Positions 30,712 to 40,891 are shown, counted from the first letter of the stretch. The stretch is 64,000 bases of DNA from Candidatus Marinacidobacterium sp. (GCA_965220965.1 OZ244852.1:1600001-1664000), one strand, 5' to 3'. The notes: generated by a model from the letters alone, not told the origin. Made by a program: numbers and translations.

Positions 30712-32558
30712 GAGACGCAGTTGTTGTTGTTCTTCGAGCCCAGGCTCTCCAGCAACGCGACGGTCTCCGGGATCGGAGAGACGCGCTGAACCGGTCCGTT
30801 CGCCATGTCCGCGGTGGTCTGGCCCCGGCGGCTGACCGCCGTGACATCGCCACCGTTCTCCACCAGGTAGAGGATCATCTCGTTGTCCCCGCGCGCCGCC
30901 GCGTGGTGGAGAGCGTTGTAGCCGTTGAAGTCCCGCTGGTTGATGTCGGCGCCGAGTTCCACCAGGTACTCAACGGCCGGAAGCCACCCGTCGGGAACAT
31001 GCCGGTGGGCGTTTCCGGCGAACCCCTCGCCATACCCCACGCCGGAAGCGGCGTGGATCGGATAGACCCCGGGATCACCGGCCTTGTACGGCGGCAGGCC
31101 GGACGGATCCGGACCCATCCGCGACAGGTCGGTGGGAACCCACAGACCGGGGGCCGCCGGCAGAACCGCGAGCGCGCCCTTGCCGGTGTTGTCCGCGGTC
31201 GTGCCGCCGCGGCGCCGACGCGGCGCAGGGGCCTTCGTCGGGATGTGGGGGTCGGCCCCGTACTCCACCAGCAACTGCATGGCGGCCACGTCGGTGGCGT
31301 AGGCCGCCCGCCAGAACGCCGTGGCGCCCTCGGTGTTGACGAGCCCGCAGTTCGCGTTGCCGCACCCGCTGTAGACCATGTACCACGGGTGCTTGGTGAT
31401 CCGGGCGTCGGGGTCGGCGCCGGCCTCGAGGAGCGCCCGCATCACGTCCAGATAGCTCGCCGTCTGGAAGCCGTGCTGCTGCGGCTGGGGGAAGCGGGTC
31501 CGCGGCTGCCACTCGGCGTTCACCGCGGCCCACAGCGGCGTCACGCCGTTCGTTTCCGAGGCGACGTTCGGATCGGCGCCGCGCTCGAGGAGCAGGAGGG
31601 CCAGATCGAAGTGCGCGTTGATCGTCGCCATCAGCAGCGGACTCACGCCGTCGCTCGCGGAGACCTGGTTGATGTCGGCGTCCCCGTCCAGCAGCGCGCT
31701 CACCGAATCGGCGTAGCCCTGGCGGGAGGCGTGGAGCAGCGCGGTCAGCCCGCCCTTGGCCTTGAGCTGGGGCATCCGGAAGCGGAAGAACGGATCGCTG
31801 CTCCCGTCGATCTCCGGAACCTCGCCGGCCAGATAGAACTCGCGCGCCGCCAGCACGGCCGCCTGGACCTGCTGGGAGGTGGGCTCGCCGTCTCCGGCGG
31901 TGAAGGCCTCGAGGACGGCCTCCTGTCGCTTCTTGGCGCCCTGCGCCAGAAGGAAGTCGTCCATCAGATCCACGGCCTTGGCGGCGACCGCGGGGTCGGC
32001 CCCGCGCTCGAGCAGGGCCCGGATGGCGTAGACCCGGTCCCGCGACGCGGCGAAGATCAGCGGCGTCTGTCCCCAGGTGTTCTCCCGGGCGTCCACTTCG
32101 GCGCCGTAGTCAAGCAGCGCGGTGATCGATGGCACGTTCCCGGCGCCGGCGGCGAGGTGGAGCGCGGTGGCCCCGGTGCCGGTGCGCGCCATCGCGTCCG
32201 CCCCGGCGGCCAGCAACTGGTCCACGACCTCGTCCTGACCCGCTTCGCTCGCGACGTGGAGCGGGGTGTACTGCCCGATGCGGGTCAGCGCGTCCACCGT
32301 GGCCCCCGCAAGGGTCAGGGTCCGCACCAGCTCGACATCGCCGCGCTGGGCCGCCCAGTGAAGCGCGGACATGCCGTCCCCGTGGGCGGCGTTCGCGTCC
32401 TCGCCCTCGGCGAGAAGCGCGCGCACTCCCGCGAGGTCTCCGACGCGGGCGGCGTCTGCGACCGGCGCCGGGGCGGGCGGCGCCGAAATGCCGGAACTGG
32501 CGAGCAGCAGAACCGCCGCGGCCGCCCCGAAGCGACTCCGGTTCGTTGTAAGGCGCAC
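30705..32558 (-). CDS. Secreted ankyrin repeat protein
   Basis: Signal peptide; repeats GMSALHWAA, YTPLHVAS, ATALHLAA, QTPLIFAA, LTALLHAS, VSPLLMA, NALHHAA. Confidence 0.93.
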   Translation of the reverse strand: MRLTTNRSRFGAAAAVLLLASSGISAPPAPAPVADAARVGDLAGVRALLAEGEDANAAHGDGMSALHWAAQRGDVELVRTLTLAGATVDALTRIGQYTPLHVASEAGQDEVVDQLLAAGADAMARTGTGATALHLAAGAGNVPSITALLDYGAEVDARENTWGQTPLIFAASRDRVYAIRALLERGADPAVAAKAVDLMDDFLLAQGAKKRQEAVLEAFTAGDGEPTSQQVQAAVLAAREFYLAGEVPEIDGSSDPFFRFRMPQLKAKGGLTALLHASRQGYADSVSALLDGDADINQVSASDGVSPLLMATINAHFDLALLLLERGADPNVASETNGVTPLWAAVNAEWQPRTRFPQPQQHGFQTASYLDVMRALLEAGADPDARITKHPWYMVYSGCGNANCGLVNTEGATAFWRAAYATDVAAMQLLVEYGADPHIPTKAPAPRRRRGGTTADNTGKGALAVLPAAPGLWVPTDLSRMGPDPSGLPPYKAGDPGVYPIHAASGVGYGEGFAGNAHRHVPDGWLPAVEYLVELGADINQRDFNGYNALHHAAARGDNEMILYLVENGGDVTAVSRRGQTTADMANGPVQRVSPIPETVALLESLGSKNNNNCVSC

Positions 32559-32589
32559 GGAGCTCCCTCCTCGGACCCTTGAGGCCCCG

Positions 32590-33999
32590 CTAGTCGGTGT
32601 ACGTCTGGGGCTCGGTGAGCGCCAGCGTGCCGTTGCTGTCTCCGAACGAGTCCATCTCCAGACCGAGCTGCTGGACGAGCCACAGCATGGCGTTCGCCAT
32701 CGGCGTCTCGTCGGCCGCCTGGATGTGCAGGTTGCCGGCGAGGTGACCGTTCGCCCGGCCGAGCAGGATCAGCGGGCAGCGCCGGTGGTTGTGGATGTTG
32801 GCGTCCGCCATCGGCGAACCCCAGATGACCGCCGTCTTGTCGAGCAGGGAAGCCCCGCCCTCCTTGGTCTCCTGGAGCTTCTCGAGGAAGTACGGAAGCT
32901 GCCCGACCCGGTACTGGCAGATCGTGTTGAAGTCCATGATCCGCTTCTCATCGTTCCCGTGGTGGGAGGCCGGGTGGAACGGGGAGTTCGTCCCGCTCTC
33001 GGGGAACGACCGGTTCTGGGCGTCGCGTCCGGTCTTGAACGAGATGACCCGGGTCATGTCGGTTTCCAGCGCGAGCACCTGGAGGTCGAACATGAGCCGC
33101 ATGTGCTCCGAGAAGGAGTCGGGCACGCCCGCCGGGGCGTCGGGGAGCTCCCGCGACTCGCCGCTGTTGTTGTAGTTCTCGACCATCTGGATGCGGCGCT
33201 CGACCTCGCGGACATCGTCGAGGTATCGATCCAGCCGCAACCGGTCCAGATTCCCGAGGTGCTTGCGGACCTCGGTGGCGTCGGACAGGATCCAGTCGAG
33301 GATGCCGCGCCGGGTCGCGCGCCGCTCGGCCCGCTCCTCCGGAGTGCCGCCCGATCCGAACAGCATCTCGAACGCGACCCTGGGGTCGCGGATCATCGGC
33401 AGCGGATCACTGGGCGTGGACCAACTGATCGAGTCCGTGTAGGCGCACGAGTAGTTGTAGGTGCAGCCGCCGGCCTGGTCCAGGTTCTCGATGCACAACT
33501 GCATCGAGGGCATCGGCGTCGACTGGCCGAACCGCGTCGCGTAGTACTGATCGAGGGACTTTCCGACCCACAGATCCGAACCCTGCGTCTGCTTCGGGTG
33601 CGACTGCGTCAGGAAGACCGCGGAGGAGCGGAAGTGGTCGCCGCCGATCTCAGGCGGGCTGAACGCCTCCGCCATCCGGCAGTCCGTGTTGCTGACGATC
33701 GTCAGGTACTCCTGGAACGGCTCGAGAGGCTTGAGCGCGTTGTCGGGCAGGAGCTCGAAGTCCCGCCCCACCTGCGCCGGGGCGAACAGATGCTGGCTCG
33801 CTCCCCACTCGTTGCAGCCGGGAAGGCCATGCACTTCCTCGATGCAGACCAGACGGGTGACGTCGGTCGCTTCCTCGGCCGAAGCCGCGCTGCGGCGACC
33901 GGCGGGGACCATCGCGTCGAGGAACGGAAGCGCGACGGATGCGCCCATCCCTCGCAGGACGGTCCGCCGGCGAAGGTGTTTTCCGGTAAGGATCGACAT
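32590..33999 (-). CDS. DUF1552 (HXXSHH) domain protein, Tat-exported
   Basis: LRRRTVLRGMGASVALPFLDAM twin-arginine leader; FHPASHH motif; YL..VREVERRIQ. Confidence 0.92.
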   Translation of the reverse strand: MSILTGKHLRRRTVLRGMGASVALPFLDAMVPAGRRSAASAEEATDVTRLVCIEEVHGLPGCNEWGASQHLFAPAQVGRDFELLPDNALKPLEPFQEYLTIVSNTDCRMAEAFSPPEIGGDHFRSSAVFLTQSHPKQTQGSDLWVGKSLDQYYATRFGQSTPMPSMQLCIENLDQAGGCTYNYSCAYTDSISWSTPSDPLPMIRDPRVAFEMLFGSGGTPEERAERRATRRGILDWILSDATEVRKHLGNLDRLRLDRYLDDVREVERRIQMVENYNNSGESRELPDAPAGVPDSFSEHMRLMFDLQVLALETDMTRVISFKTGRDAQNRSFPESGTNSPFHPASHHGNDEKRIMDFNTICQYRVGQLPYFLEKLQETKEGGASLLDKTAVIWGSPMADANIHNHRRCPLILLGRANGHLAGNLHIQAADETPMANAMLWLVQQLGLEMDSFGDSNGTLALTEPQTYTD

Positions 34000-34025
34000 T
34001 CCTGTTCTCCCTGAAGAGTGTGTGC

Positions 34026-36461
34026 TCAGTTTTGGGCCGGGGCCAGAGTGGTATCGACCGGAGCGTCAGCGCGCTTGCGCTGGAAGGCGTCGCTTCGGAC
34101 TACGCCCATGACGAACGACGCCATCCGGTAGTCGTTCGCCTCCGCCTCGCGCGCGATCGCGCGGATGGCCGGCTGGTCGAAGGGCTCGGCCCGCCGTCCC
34201 ACGGCGAACGCGAGCAGGTTCTCGGTGAAGGTGCGCGCCAGCGGGATGGGCCGCGCCAGCAGGGCGTTCACCAGTTCGTCGGGACTCGAGACGGGGGTGC
34301 CGTCGTAGAAGTCCCCGAGGGTGTCCAGCGGGGCGCCGAACTCCCGGACGCGCCACTTGCCGGTGACATCGAAGTTGTCGAGCGCGAGCCCGATCGGATC
34401 GATCAGGCGGTGGCAGGAGTTGCAGCTCGGGTTGGTGGAGTGCATCTCCAGCCGTTCGCGGGTCGTCAGCCGCCGTCCCTCGACGGCCTCGGCGGTCTCC
34501 TCGAGCGCCGGGATGTCAGGCGGCGGCGGGGGAGGCGGCGTGCCGAGCAGAACCTCCATGACCCACTTGCCGCGCAGGACCGGCGACGTGCGGTTGGCGA
34601 GCGAAGTCAGCACGAGCACGCTCCCGTGGCCCAGGACGCCCCGCCGGGTCCGGTCGGGGTATTCCACCCGCCGGAACTGGCGTCCGGCGACATCGGGGAA
34701 CCCGTAGTGGCGGGCGAGCCGTTCGTTCACGTAGGTGTAGTCCGCGCGCAGCAGCTCGAGCAGGCTCCGGTCCTCGCGCACCAGCTCGGCGAAGAACATT
34801 TCCGTCTCGCGGCGCATGGCGTCGGCGAGGTTCTCGTCGAAATTGGGGAAGAAGTTCGGGTCCGGCCGCACCTTGTCCATGTCCTGGAGCCGGAACCACT
34901 GGGCGGCGAAGCGCCGTCCGATCGCGGCGGAGCGCGGATCCGCCAGCATGCGCAGCGCCTGACGGTCCAGTTCCTCGGGAGTCAGCAGGCCCTGCTCGGC
35001 GATCTCCTGCAGCTCATCGTCCGGAGGCGTGCCCCACAGGAAGAACGAGAGGCGCGAAGCGAGGTCGAGATCGCCCAGCCGGTACCCCCGGGCTTCCGCG
35101 TTCCGGGGCGCGCGCTCGAGACGAAGCACGAAATGGGGGCTCGCGAGAATGGCCTCGAGCGCGGTCCGAACGCCGACCTCGAAGCCGCCGACCCCCCGGC
35201 CCTCGTCAAAGAACCGGAGCAGGCCTTCCAGCTCGTCGTCGGCCAGCGGCCGCCGCCAGGCCTCGCGACCCAGCCGCGCCAGGATGCGGCCGGCGCAGGG
35301 GCGCGCCTCGTCGGGAGCGGTCGGGCGGCAGGTGAAGATGCGGCGCCGGCTCGGCGTCTCGGAGAGCCCGGTCGGGTTGAACGGGCCGGTGATGACCAGA
35401 TCCCGGATGTGCGGGAGCGTCGTGATCCCCGCGCCCCCCGAGCCGCCTCCGGCGTAGGACCAGTCATGCGGCCGGATGAGGTCCTCGTAGGGCCCCTCCT
35501 GCCGCCGCAGGAAGGCCGCGGCCACCCGCTGCGTCCCCGCCCGCACGAAGACCCGCTGCGTCTGGGTGACGACGCCCCCCCGTCCGTCGGCGCCGACTAC
35601 GCGGTTCGTGTCGTAGGGGATGAGCGCGATCTGTTCCCCGTCGATCGAGACGTCCACATCCTCGATGCGGGTGTTCGCCCCCGAGGTGAAGGTGACCCCG
35701 AAGGTGTACTCGGCGTCGGCCGGGAACACGTGGTCCACCACCAGCCCGCCGCGGGTGCCGTAGGGGGCGCCCTCGACGTGGTCCCAGGGGTGCTGGGAGA
35801 TGTACTGCGAGTTGGTGTAGGTGTGGTCGACCGCCTTGACGCCGCGCTCGCCAACCGCGAGGCGGCTGATGGCGCTCGCCGCGTTCAGATATCCCTCGAG
35901 GAGCGTCGCCGACAGCGTCTGGGCCTCGGCGATGTTGTCGAAGTTGTGCGCCACCGGATCGAGCGGCAACCAGTTTCCGGGGTCTACATCGAGTCCCAGC
36001 AGATCGCGGATCGCCTCGGCGTACTCGGCGCGGTTCAGGCGCTGGAACGGCCGCGCGCCCGGGTCGGGAGACAGCTCCGCCGCCGCATCGAGGCGCGTCT
36101 CCAGCGTCTCGACGAGATGGAGCAGCTCGGCGCCGCTCGCCCGCCGGATGTTGGAGGGCGGCATCATGCCGGCCCGCAGCTTCCGGACCATCTCCTCGGC
36201 CACCTCGGGGTGGTCCGCCGCGAGCGCCACGTCGAAGTCGGCGAGCGACATGTTCCCCGCCTTCATCCGCTCGTTGTGGCACATGACGCAGGTGCCCGCC
36301 ACGACGGCGTTGGCGCCGGCGTCGGCGGTCACCGACTCGGGGGCCGCGGCGCCTTCGGCGGCGGGGGCCGCGGGGGCCTGAGCGAACGTGGACGGGGCCG
36401 CCCCGAACGCGGCGCAGACGCCCAGCGCCAGCGTCCAGGAAACAACGTATCCGATCTTCAT
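34026..36461 (-). CDS. DUF1592/DUF1588-family multi-domain protein with two c-type heme motifs
   Basis: Signal peptide; CVMCH, KLRAGMMPP, RLNRAEY...IRDLLG, LASRLSFFLW..PD, TSPVLRGKWV, CNSCH..IDPIG. ATG 36461. Confidence 0.92.
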   Translation of the reverse strand: MKIGYVVSWTLALGVCAAFGAAPSTFAQAPAAPAAEGAAAPESVTADAGANAVVAGTCVMCHNERMKAGNMSLADFDVALAADHPEVAEEMVRKLRAGMMPPSNIRRASGAELLHLVETLETRLDAAAELSPDPGARPFQRLNRAEYAEAIRDLLGLDVDPGNWLPLDPVAHNFDNIAEAQTLSATLLEGYLNAASAISRLAVGERGVKAVDHTYTNSQYISQHPWDHVEGAPYGTRGGLVVDHVFPADAEYTFGVTFTSGANTRIEDVDVSIDGEQIALIPYDTNRVVGADGRGGVVTQTQRVFVRAGTQRVAAAFLRRQEGPYEDLIRPHDWSYAGGGSGGAGITTLPHIRDLVITGPFNPTGLSETPSRRRIFTCRPTAPDEARPCAGRILARLGREAWRRPLADDELEGLLRFFDEGRGVGGFEVGVRTALEAILASPHFVLRLERAPRNAEARGYRLGDLDLASRLSFFLWGTPPDDELQEIAEQGLLTPEELDRQALRMLADPRSAAIGRRFAAQWFRLQDMDKVRPDPNFFPNFDENLADAMRRETEMFFAELVREDRSLLELLRADYTYVNERLARHYGFPDVAGRQFRRVEYPDRTRRGVLGHGSVLVLTSLANRTSPVLRGKWVMEVLLGTPPPPPPPDIPALEETAEAVEGRRLTTRERLEMHSTNPSCNSCHRLIDPIGLALDNFDVTGKWRVREFGAPLDTLGDFYDGTPVSSPDELVNALLARPIPLARTFTENLLAFAVGRRAEPFDQPAIRAIAREAEANDYRMASFVMGVVRSDAFQRKRADAPVDTTLAPAQN

Positions 36462-36507
36462 GGGGTGTCCCCGCCTACTCCATCCGGCAGCTTGCGCCGC
36501 GCCCACG

Positions 36508-36546
36508 GGACGCCCAATTCTGCGTCCGAAGGCGTCATCCTGTCAA
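36508..36546 (-). promoter_or_regulatory. Putative sigma70 promoter for the DUF1592 operon, with an inverted repeat over the -10
   Basis: Minus strand TTGACA (36541-36546), 18-nt spacer, CAGAAT (36517-36522). Inverted repeat GGACGC-N8-GCGTCC at 36508-36527. Confidence 0.5.
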
Positions 36547-36560
36547 ATGGCGCGGATCCC

Positions 36561-37964
36561 CTAGCGAGCCCGGTCGAGCGGGGGATCGCGGGGCCTCTCG
36601 AGGGCGTGGGCGAGCTGGAGGACGCCGAAGTCGTCCCTTGGGCGGCCCACGATCTGGAGGCCGACCGGGAGTCCCTCCAGCGTCCACCCGAACGGGACCG
36701 AAGCCGCCGGCGCGCCCAGCAGCGAAATGAGCGAGCAGGACCCCATCCAGTCCGTGTAGTTCTCCATCCGGACGCCGTCCACTTCCCGGATCCACTCCAC
36801 CGTGACCGGGAACGGCGCAACCTGGGCGACCGGCAGGACCAGGAACTCTTGGCGCCCGAAGAATTCGCGGACGCGGGTCAGCAGGCGGCTCCAGCCTCGG
36901 GTCGCCGCGGCGAGGTCCCGGACCCCCCTCCGCCGCGCCGCTTCGATGTTCCAGACGACGGTGTCCTTCATGTCCGCCCGGCGCCGGTCGAGGAGAGGGC
37001 CGAAGTTCGTCTCGAACCACCAGGCGCGCCAGGCGTCGAAGACCTCCATCCCACCGGTCATGTCGGGGGAGTCGTCCTCGACGTCGCAGCCGAGGTCCTC
37101 GAGAGCGCTCCGGGCCGGCCGCAGCGCCTCGCGCACGACGCGATCGAACGGGAGGCCGGCGAAGTCCGGCGCCCAGGCCACCCGGACGCCCCGGAAGTCG
37201 CGCTCCAGCGGTCGCCGGAAGAGGGCGCCGGGCGCCTCCAGCGAGCGCGGATCGCGGGCGTCGGGTCCGGCGATGGCGCTCAGCAGGAGGGCGGCGTCGG
37301 CGGCGGTCCGGGCCATCGGGCCGGACACCGGAATCGGGAACCACGGCGTTTCGTCCGGGCAGACCGGGACCCGGCCCGGCGTCGGCCGCAGCCCGAATAC
37401 GCCGCAGAAGCTCGCCGGATTCCGCAGCGACCCGCCGAAGTCGCTCCCGTCCGCCAGCGGAACCATTCCGGCCGCGAGCGCCGCCGCCGACCCGCCGCTG
37501 CTGCCTCCCGGCGTCAGGTCCGCGTTCCAGGGATTGCGGGTGGGCCCGAAGACGGCGTTGAAGGTCTGGGAGCCGGCCCCGAACTCGGGGGTGTTCGTCT
37601 TGCCCACCACGATGGCGCCGGCGGCCCGGTGCCGCTCCACGATCACGTCGTCCTCCGTCGGAACGAAGTCGGCGAAGATGGGCGAGCCGAACGTCGTCCG
37701 CAGGCCGGCGGTCCGATGCAGGTCCTTGACGGCGATGGGGAGGCCGTGGAGGGGCCCCGCCATTTCGCCCCGGGCCAACGCCCGGTCGGCGGCCGCGGCC
37801 CGGCGCAGCAGCTCCGCTTCGGGAACGAGCGTCACGACGGCGTTGAGCGCCGGGTTCAGCTCCTCGATCCGGGCCAGATGGGCCCGCATCACCTCGACGG
37901 CGGAAAACTCCCGCGCGGCGATGCCGCGGGCGAGGTCGCGCGCCGAAGCGCCGGCGAGACTCAC
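36561..37964 (-). CDS. Amidase (amidase-signature family)
   Basis: GPLHGLPIAVKD, GKTNTPEFG, GGSSGGSAAA, GSDFGGSLRNPASFCG. Confidence 0.95.
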   Translation of the reverse strand: MSLAGASARDLARGIAAREFSAVEVMRAHLARIEELNPALNAVVTLVPEAELLRRAAAADRALARGEMAGPLHGLPIAVKDLHRTAGLRTTFGSPIFADFVPTEDDVIVERHRAAGAIVVGKTNTPEFGAGSQTFNAVFGPTRNPWNADLTPGGSSGGSAAALAAGMVPLADGSDFGGSLRNPASFCGVFGLRPTPGRVPVCPDETPWFPIPVSGPMARTAADAALLLSAIAGPDARDPRSLEAPGALFRRPLERDFRGVRVAWAPDFAGLPFDRVVREALRPARSALEDLGCDVEDDSPDMTGGMEVFDAWRAWWFETNFGPLLDRRRADMKDTVVWNIEAARRRGVRDLAAATRGWSRLLTRVREFFGRQEFLVLPVAQVAPFPVTVEWIREVDGVRMENYTDWMGSCSLISLLGAPAASVPFGWTLEGLPVGLQIVGRPRDDFGVLQLAHALERPRDPPLDRAR

Positions 37965-37969
37965 CGGTC

Positions 37970-39607
37970 TCAGCCGAAAACGGCCCTCCGGATGCGGTCG
38001 AGCAGGGCTTCGATGCCCGGGTCGCCGGGGCGGGGAGCGTCGAGCCAGAGGACGCGGCGCCCCCGCCGCCGCAACTCCTGGTAGTCGGCCGCCGCCTGGA
38101 GCGCCGCGAGCTGACCGAGACCGAGCTCAGGAGTCCGGCCGGGAATCGGCGGGTCGGGGCCGCCGGAGGCCCAGCGAAGCATGAGCACCCGGAGGGCGGG
38201 AGGGCCTCCCTTCTCGACCTGCCCCAGCGAATGGAGAAGCTGGGACCCGAACCCGAGGGCGGGAAGGCGTCCGGTCCGGTGCGCCAGTTGGCGCCGCAGC
38301 ATGTGGATCTCGCCCTCCGCGGCGCGGCTCTGGCGGCCGAAGGCGTTGATGACCAGGGATTCGTCCCGCGCCCCGTCGACGAACTCCCGGATATCGGCGT
38401 CCGACACCGGCGACGGTCCGGAGACCGACTCCGGATCCTCCATGATCCGGCGCGCCTCGGCCTTGGCCGCCTCTACATCGGGCTGATCGTAGGGGTTCAC
38501 CCCGAGGCGCCAGGCGGCGACCGCCACCGCCACCTGCAGGCGGAAGATCGCGGCGGGCAGCTCCACCGGGAGGACCGGGAGGCTGATCCAGGGGACCCCC
38601 GCCGCGACCGCCGCCTCCCGTTCTTCCGCTTCGTAGCGTTCCGGCCCCAGGTGGATGCGGAAGACGCCGTCGCCGGGCGCGGGGTGGGGCTCCGGCGGAA
38701 GGATCACCGGCAGGAACCCCCGGCCCTGCTTTCCGGCGCACTCCGACAGCATCTGCTCCAGCCAGACGAGCACGGCGGCGAACCGCGGCGCGGCCGAGAG
38801 CCAGACTGTCGGGCGCCCCTGCTTCGCCAGATGAGCCAGGACGACCCCGAGCCGGTACCCGGCATCCGGGATTTCGGCGTCGGATCCGGTCTCCCCGGCG
38901 GGGAGCGGCGCGGCGTCCTCAAGCTCCGCGAGCGCGCGCGCCGCCGCCCCCAGGCCCTGGTCGACCTCCCTTCCCGCCAGGACCGCGGGCAACAGCCCGA
39001 AGGGACTGAGCGCGGAGAATCGCCCGCCCACCGCCGGGATCCCGGCGAACCACGTCCGATGGGTGGCGGCCGAGCGCGTGGCGAGCCCGGAACCCGGGTC
39101 GGTGATGGCGATCATCTGCCGCCGCGCCGATCCTCCGTACTCAGCGAGGCGCCCGGCGACCACCGACTCCAGCGCCAGGGTCTCCACCGTGGCGCCCGAC
39201 TTGGACGCCACCACAAAGACGGAGCGCAGCAGCCGCCGAGGCCTCAGAAACTCCCGCACCGACTCCGGCGCGAGGGTGCTCAGCACTTCGACCGGGAGCG
39301 CGCGGCCGCGGTCTTCCAGCTCGGGCGGCAGGCCGGTCACCAGCGTCTCCGCCGCGAGCGCCGAGCCCCCCATGGCCAGCACGACGACCCGGGAGAACCC
39401 CTCCAGGACCAGCTCCTCGCGCAGGCGCCGGTAGCCCGGGATCCCTGCGCCGGCGAGCCGCGGAAGCTCCACCCAGCCGAGCCGGTCCTCCGGACTCCTC
39501 GCGCCGGTGCGGCCCAGACCCGCCGGCGCTCCACCCTCGCGCCACAGCTCGTCGGCCTCCGCCGCCAGCCCGGGAACCCGGGGGATCCCCCAGGCGCGAA
39601 AGCTCAC
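37970..39607 (-). CDS. Glucose-6-phosphate isomerase-like (SIS) protein, similar to the PGI half of Tal-Pgi fusions
   Basis: RLGW, MGGSAL, VASKSG.T.E, ITDPGS, VGGRFSALS.FGL, SECAGK.G, NPYDQPDVEAAK, LHSLGQ..KGG. Start is uncertain; GTG 39607 was chosen. Confidence 0.8.
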   Translation of the reverse strand: MSFRAWGIPRVPGLAAEADELWREGGAPAGLGRTGARSPEDRLGWVELPRLAGAGIPGYRRLREELVLEGFSRVVVLAMGGSALAAETLVTGLPPELEDRGRALPVEVLSTLAPESVREFLRPRRLLRSVFVVASKSGATVETLALESVVAGRLAEYGGSARRQMIAITDPGSGLATRSAATHRTWFAGIPAVGGRFSALSPFGLLPAVLAGREVDQGLGAAARALAELEDAAPLPAGETGSDAEIPDAGYRLGVVLAHLAKQGRPTVWLSAAPRFAAVLVWLEQMLSECAGKQGRGFLPVILPPEPHPAPGDGVFRIHLGPERYEAEEREAAVAAGVPWISLPVLPVELPAAIFRLQVAVAVAAWRLGVNPYDQPDVEAAKAEARRIMEDPESVSGPSPVSDADIREFVDGARDESLVINAFGRQSRAAEGEIHMLRRQLAHRTGRLPALGFGSQLLHSLGQVEKGGPPALRVLMLRWASGGPDPPIPGRTPELGLGQLAALQAAADYQELRRRGRRVLWLDAPRPGDPGIEALLDRIRRAVFG

Positions 39608-39831
39608 GGGTCGCGCGAGCGCCACAGAGCGGTCTCTCCGTAACCGGACCCGGGCGCGGGGCGCGCGAAGGACACGCTCAGGAGAGGAACTGGCATCGGC
39701 GATTCGCCCCGGAATCCTGACATTCCGGGGGCGCGCGGCGGTCTCCGCCCCGGGAGGACGGGCGGCGGCTACCATTGGAACCGGCCCCCGTCCACGGGGA
39801 ATCCGTCGGTTCCGGGGCCCCGGAGGAAACC

Positions 39832-40875
39832 ATGAGCCATCTGGTGAAGACCACGAAGCGGTTGCGGTTCGAGCGGAGCCCCGTCGGCGGCGGCATCACC
39901 GACCCGGATGTCTTTCTCCGGCGGCGGGCCATCCTGAAGGCCATGGGCGCCGCCGCCGTGGTCGGGCCCTACGCCGTCGCGTGCGGGACGAGCGCGGAGG
40001 GCGCGGAGCTGCTGGACATCCCCTACTCGCGTCCCGACGTGTTCCCGGCGGAGAAGAACCAGGACTTCCTCGGCGTCCCGGCCGCAATCGAGCGCAAGGA
40101 GATGACGCCGCGCGAGGTCGCGGGCTCGCACAACAACTTCTACGAGTTCCTCGCCGGACGCGGCGGCGCCGTCTGGAAGCTGGCGGGCGACTACCGGCCG
40201 GTTCCCTGGCGGGTCGAGGTCACCGGCGAGTGCGCGAAGCCTCGGACGTTCGATCTCGACGACCTCCTCGGTTTCGCCCACGAGGAGCGGGTCTACCACT
40301 TCCGCTGCGTCGAGCGTTGGGCGATGAACGTGCCGTGGACCGGCTTCCCGCTGCACGACCTGCTGAACGCGGTCGAGCCCACCAGCAACGCCCGGTTCGT
40401 CGCCTTCACGTCGCTGAACCGTCCCGAGGAAATGCCCGGACTCGCCTCGAGCAACTGGTACCCGTGGCCCTACCACGAGGCGCTGCGGATGGACGAGGCC
40501 ATGCATCCGCTCGCCTTCGTGGCCACCGGCATCTACGGGGATCCGCTGGTCCGCCAGCACGGGGCGCCGATCCGGCTCGCCATCCCGTGGAAGTACGGCT
40601 ACAAGGGCGCGAAGGCGGTCGTGAAGATCGAGCTGACGCGCGACCAGCCCCCGTTCTTCTGGGAGATGCAGAAGCACGAGTACGGGTTCCTGTCGAACAT
40701 CAACCCGAACATCCCCCACCCGAGGTGGAGCCAGGCGGAGTCCTACTGGCTCGACAACCGGGACGCCTTCCCGACGCCGCTCTTCAACGGTTACGGCGAT
40801 CTGGTCGGCGACCTCTATCCGGACGAGCCGACCACGCCGCAGCGAGCGCTCCGTATGGGCCAGACAGCCCGCTGA
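39832..40875 (+). CDS. msrP: Protein-methionine-sulfoxide reductase catalytic subunit MsrP (YedY)
   Basis: Tat leader RRRAILK; NNFYEF, RCVERW, GAPIRL..PWKYGYK, HPRWSQA.E. ATG 39832 after GGAGG. Confidence 0.92.
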   Translation: MSHLVKTTKRLRFERSPVGGGITDPDVFLRRRAILKAMGAAAVVGPYAVACGTSAEGAELLDIPYSRPDVFPAEKNQDFLGVPAAIERKEMTPREVAGSHNNFYEFLAGRGGAVWKLAGDYRPVPWRVEVTGECAKPRTFDLDDLLGFAHEERVYHFRCVERWAMNVPWTGFPLHDLLNAVEPTSNARFVAFTSLNRPEEMPGLASSNWYPWPYHEALRMDEAMHPLAFVATGIYGDPLVRQHGAPIRLAIPWKYGYKGAKAVVKIELTRDQPPFFWEMQKHEYGFLSNINPNIPHPRWSQAESYWLDNRDAFPTPLFNGYGDLVGDLYPDEPTTPQRALRMGQTAR

Positions 40876-40891
40876 CGGGAGTCTCCGCGAC

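Noticed and set aside
34020-38084. 1354-aa plus-strand ORF
   Set aside because: Antisense shadow of the DUF1592 and amidase genes.
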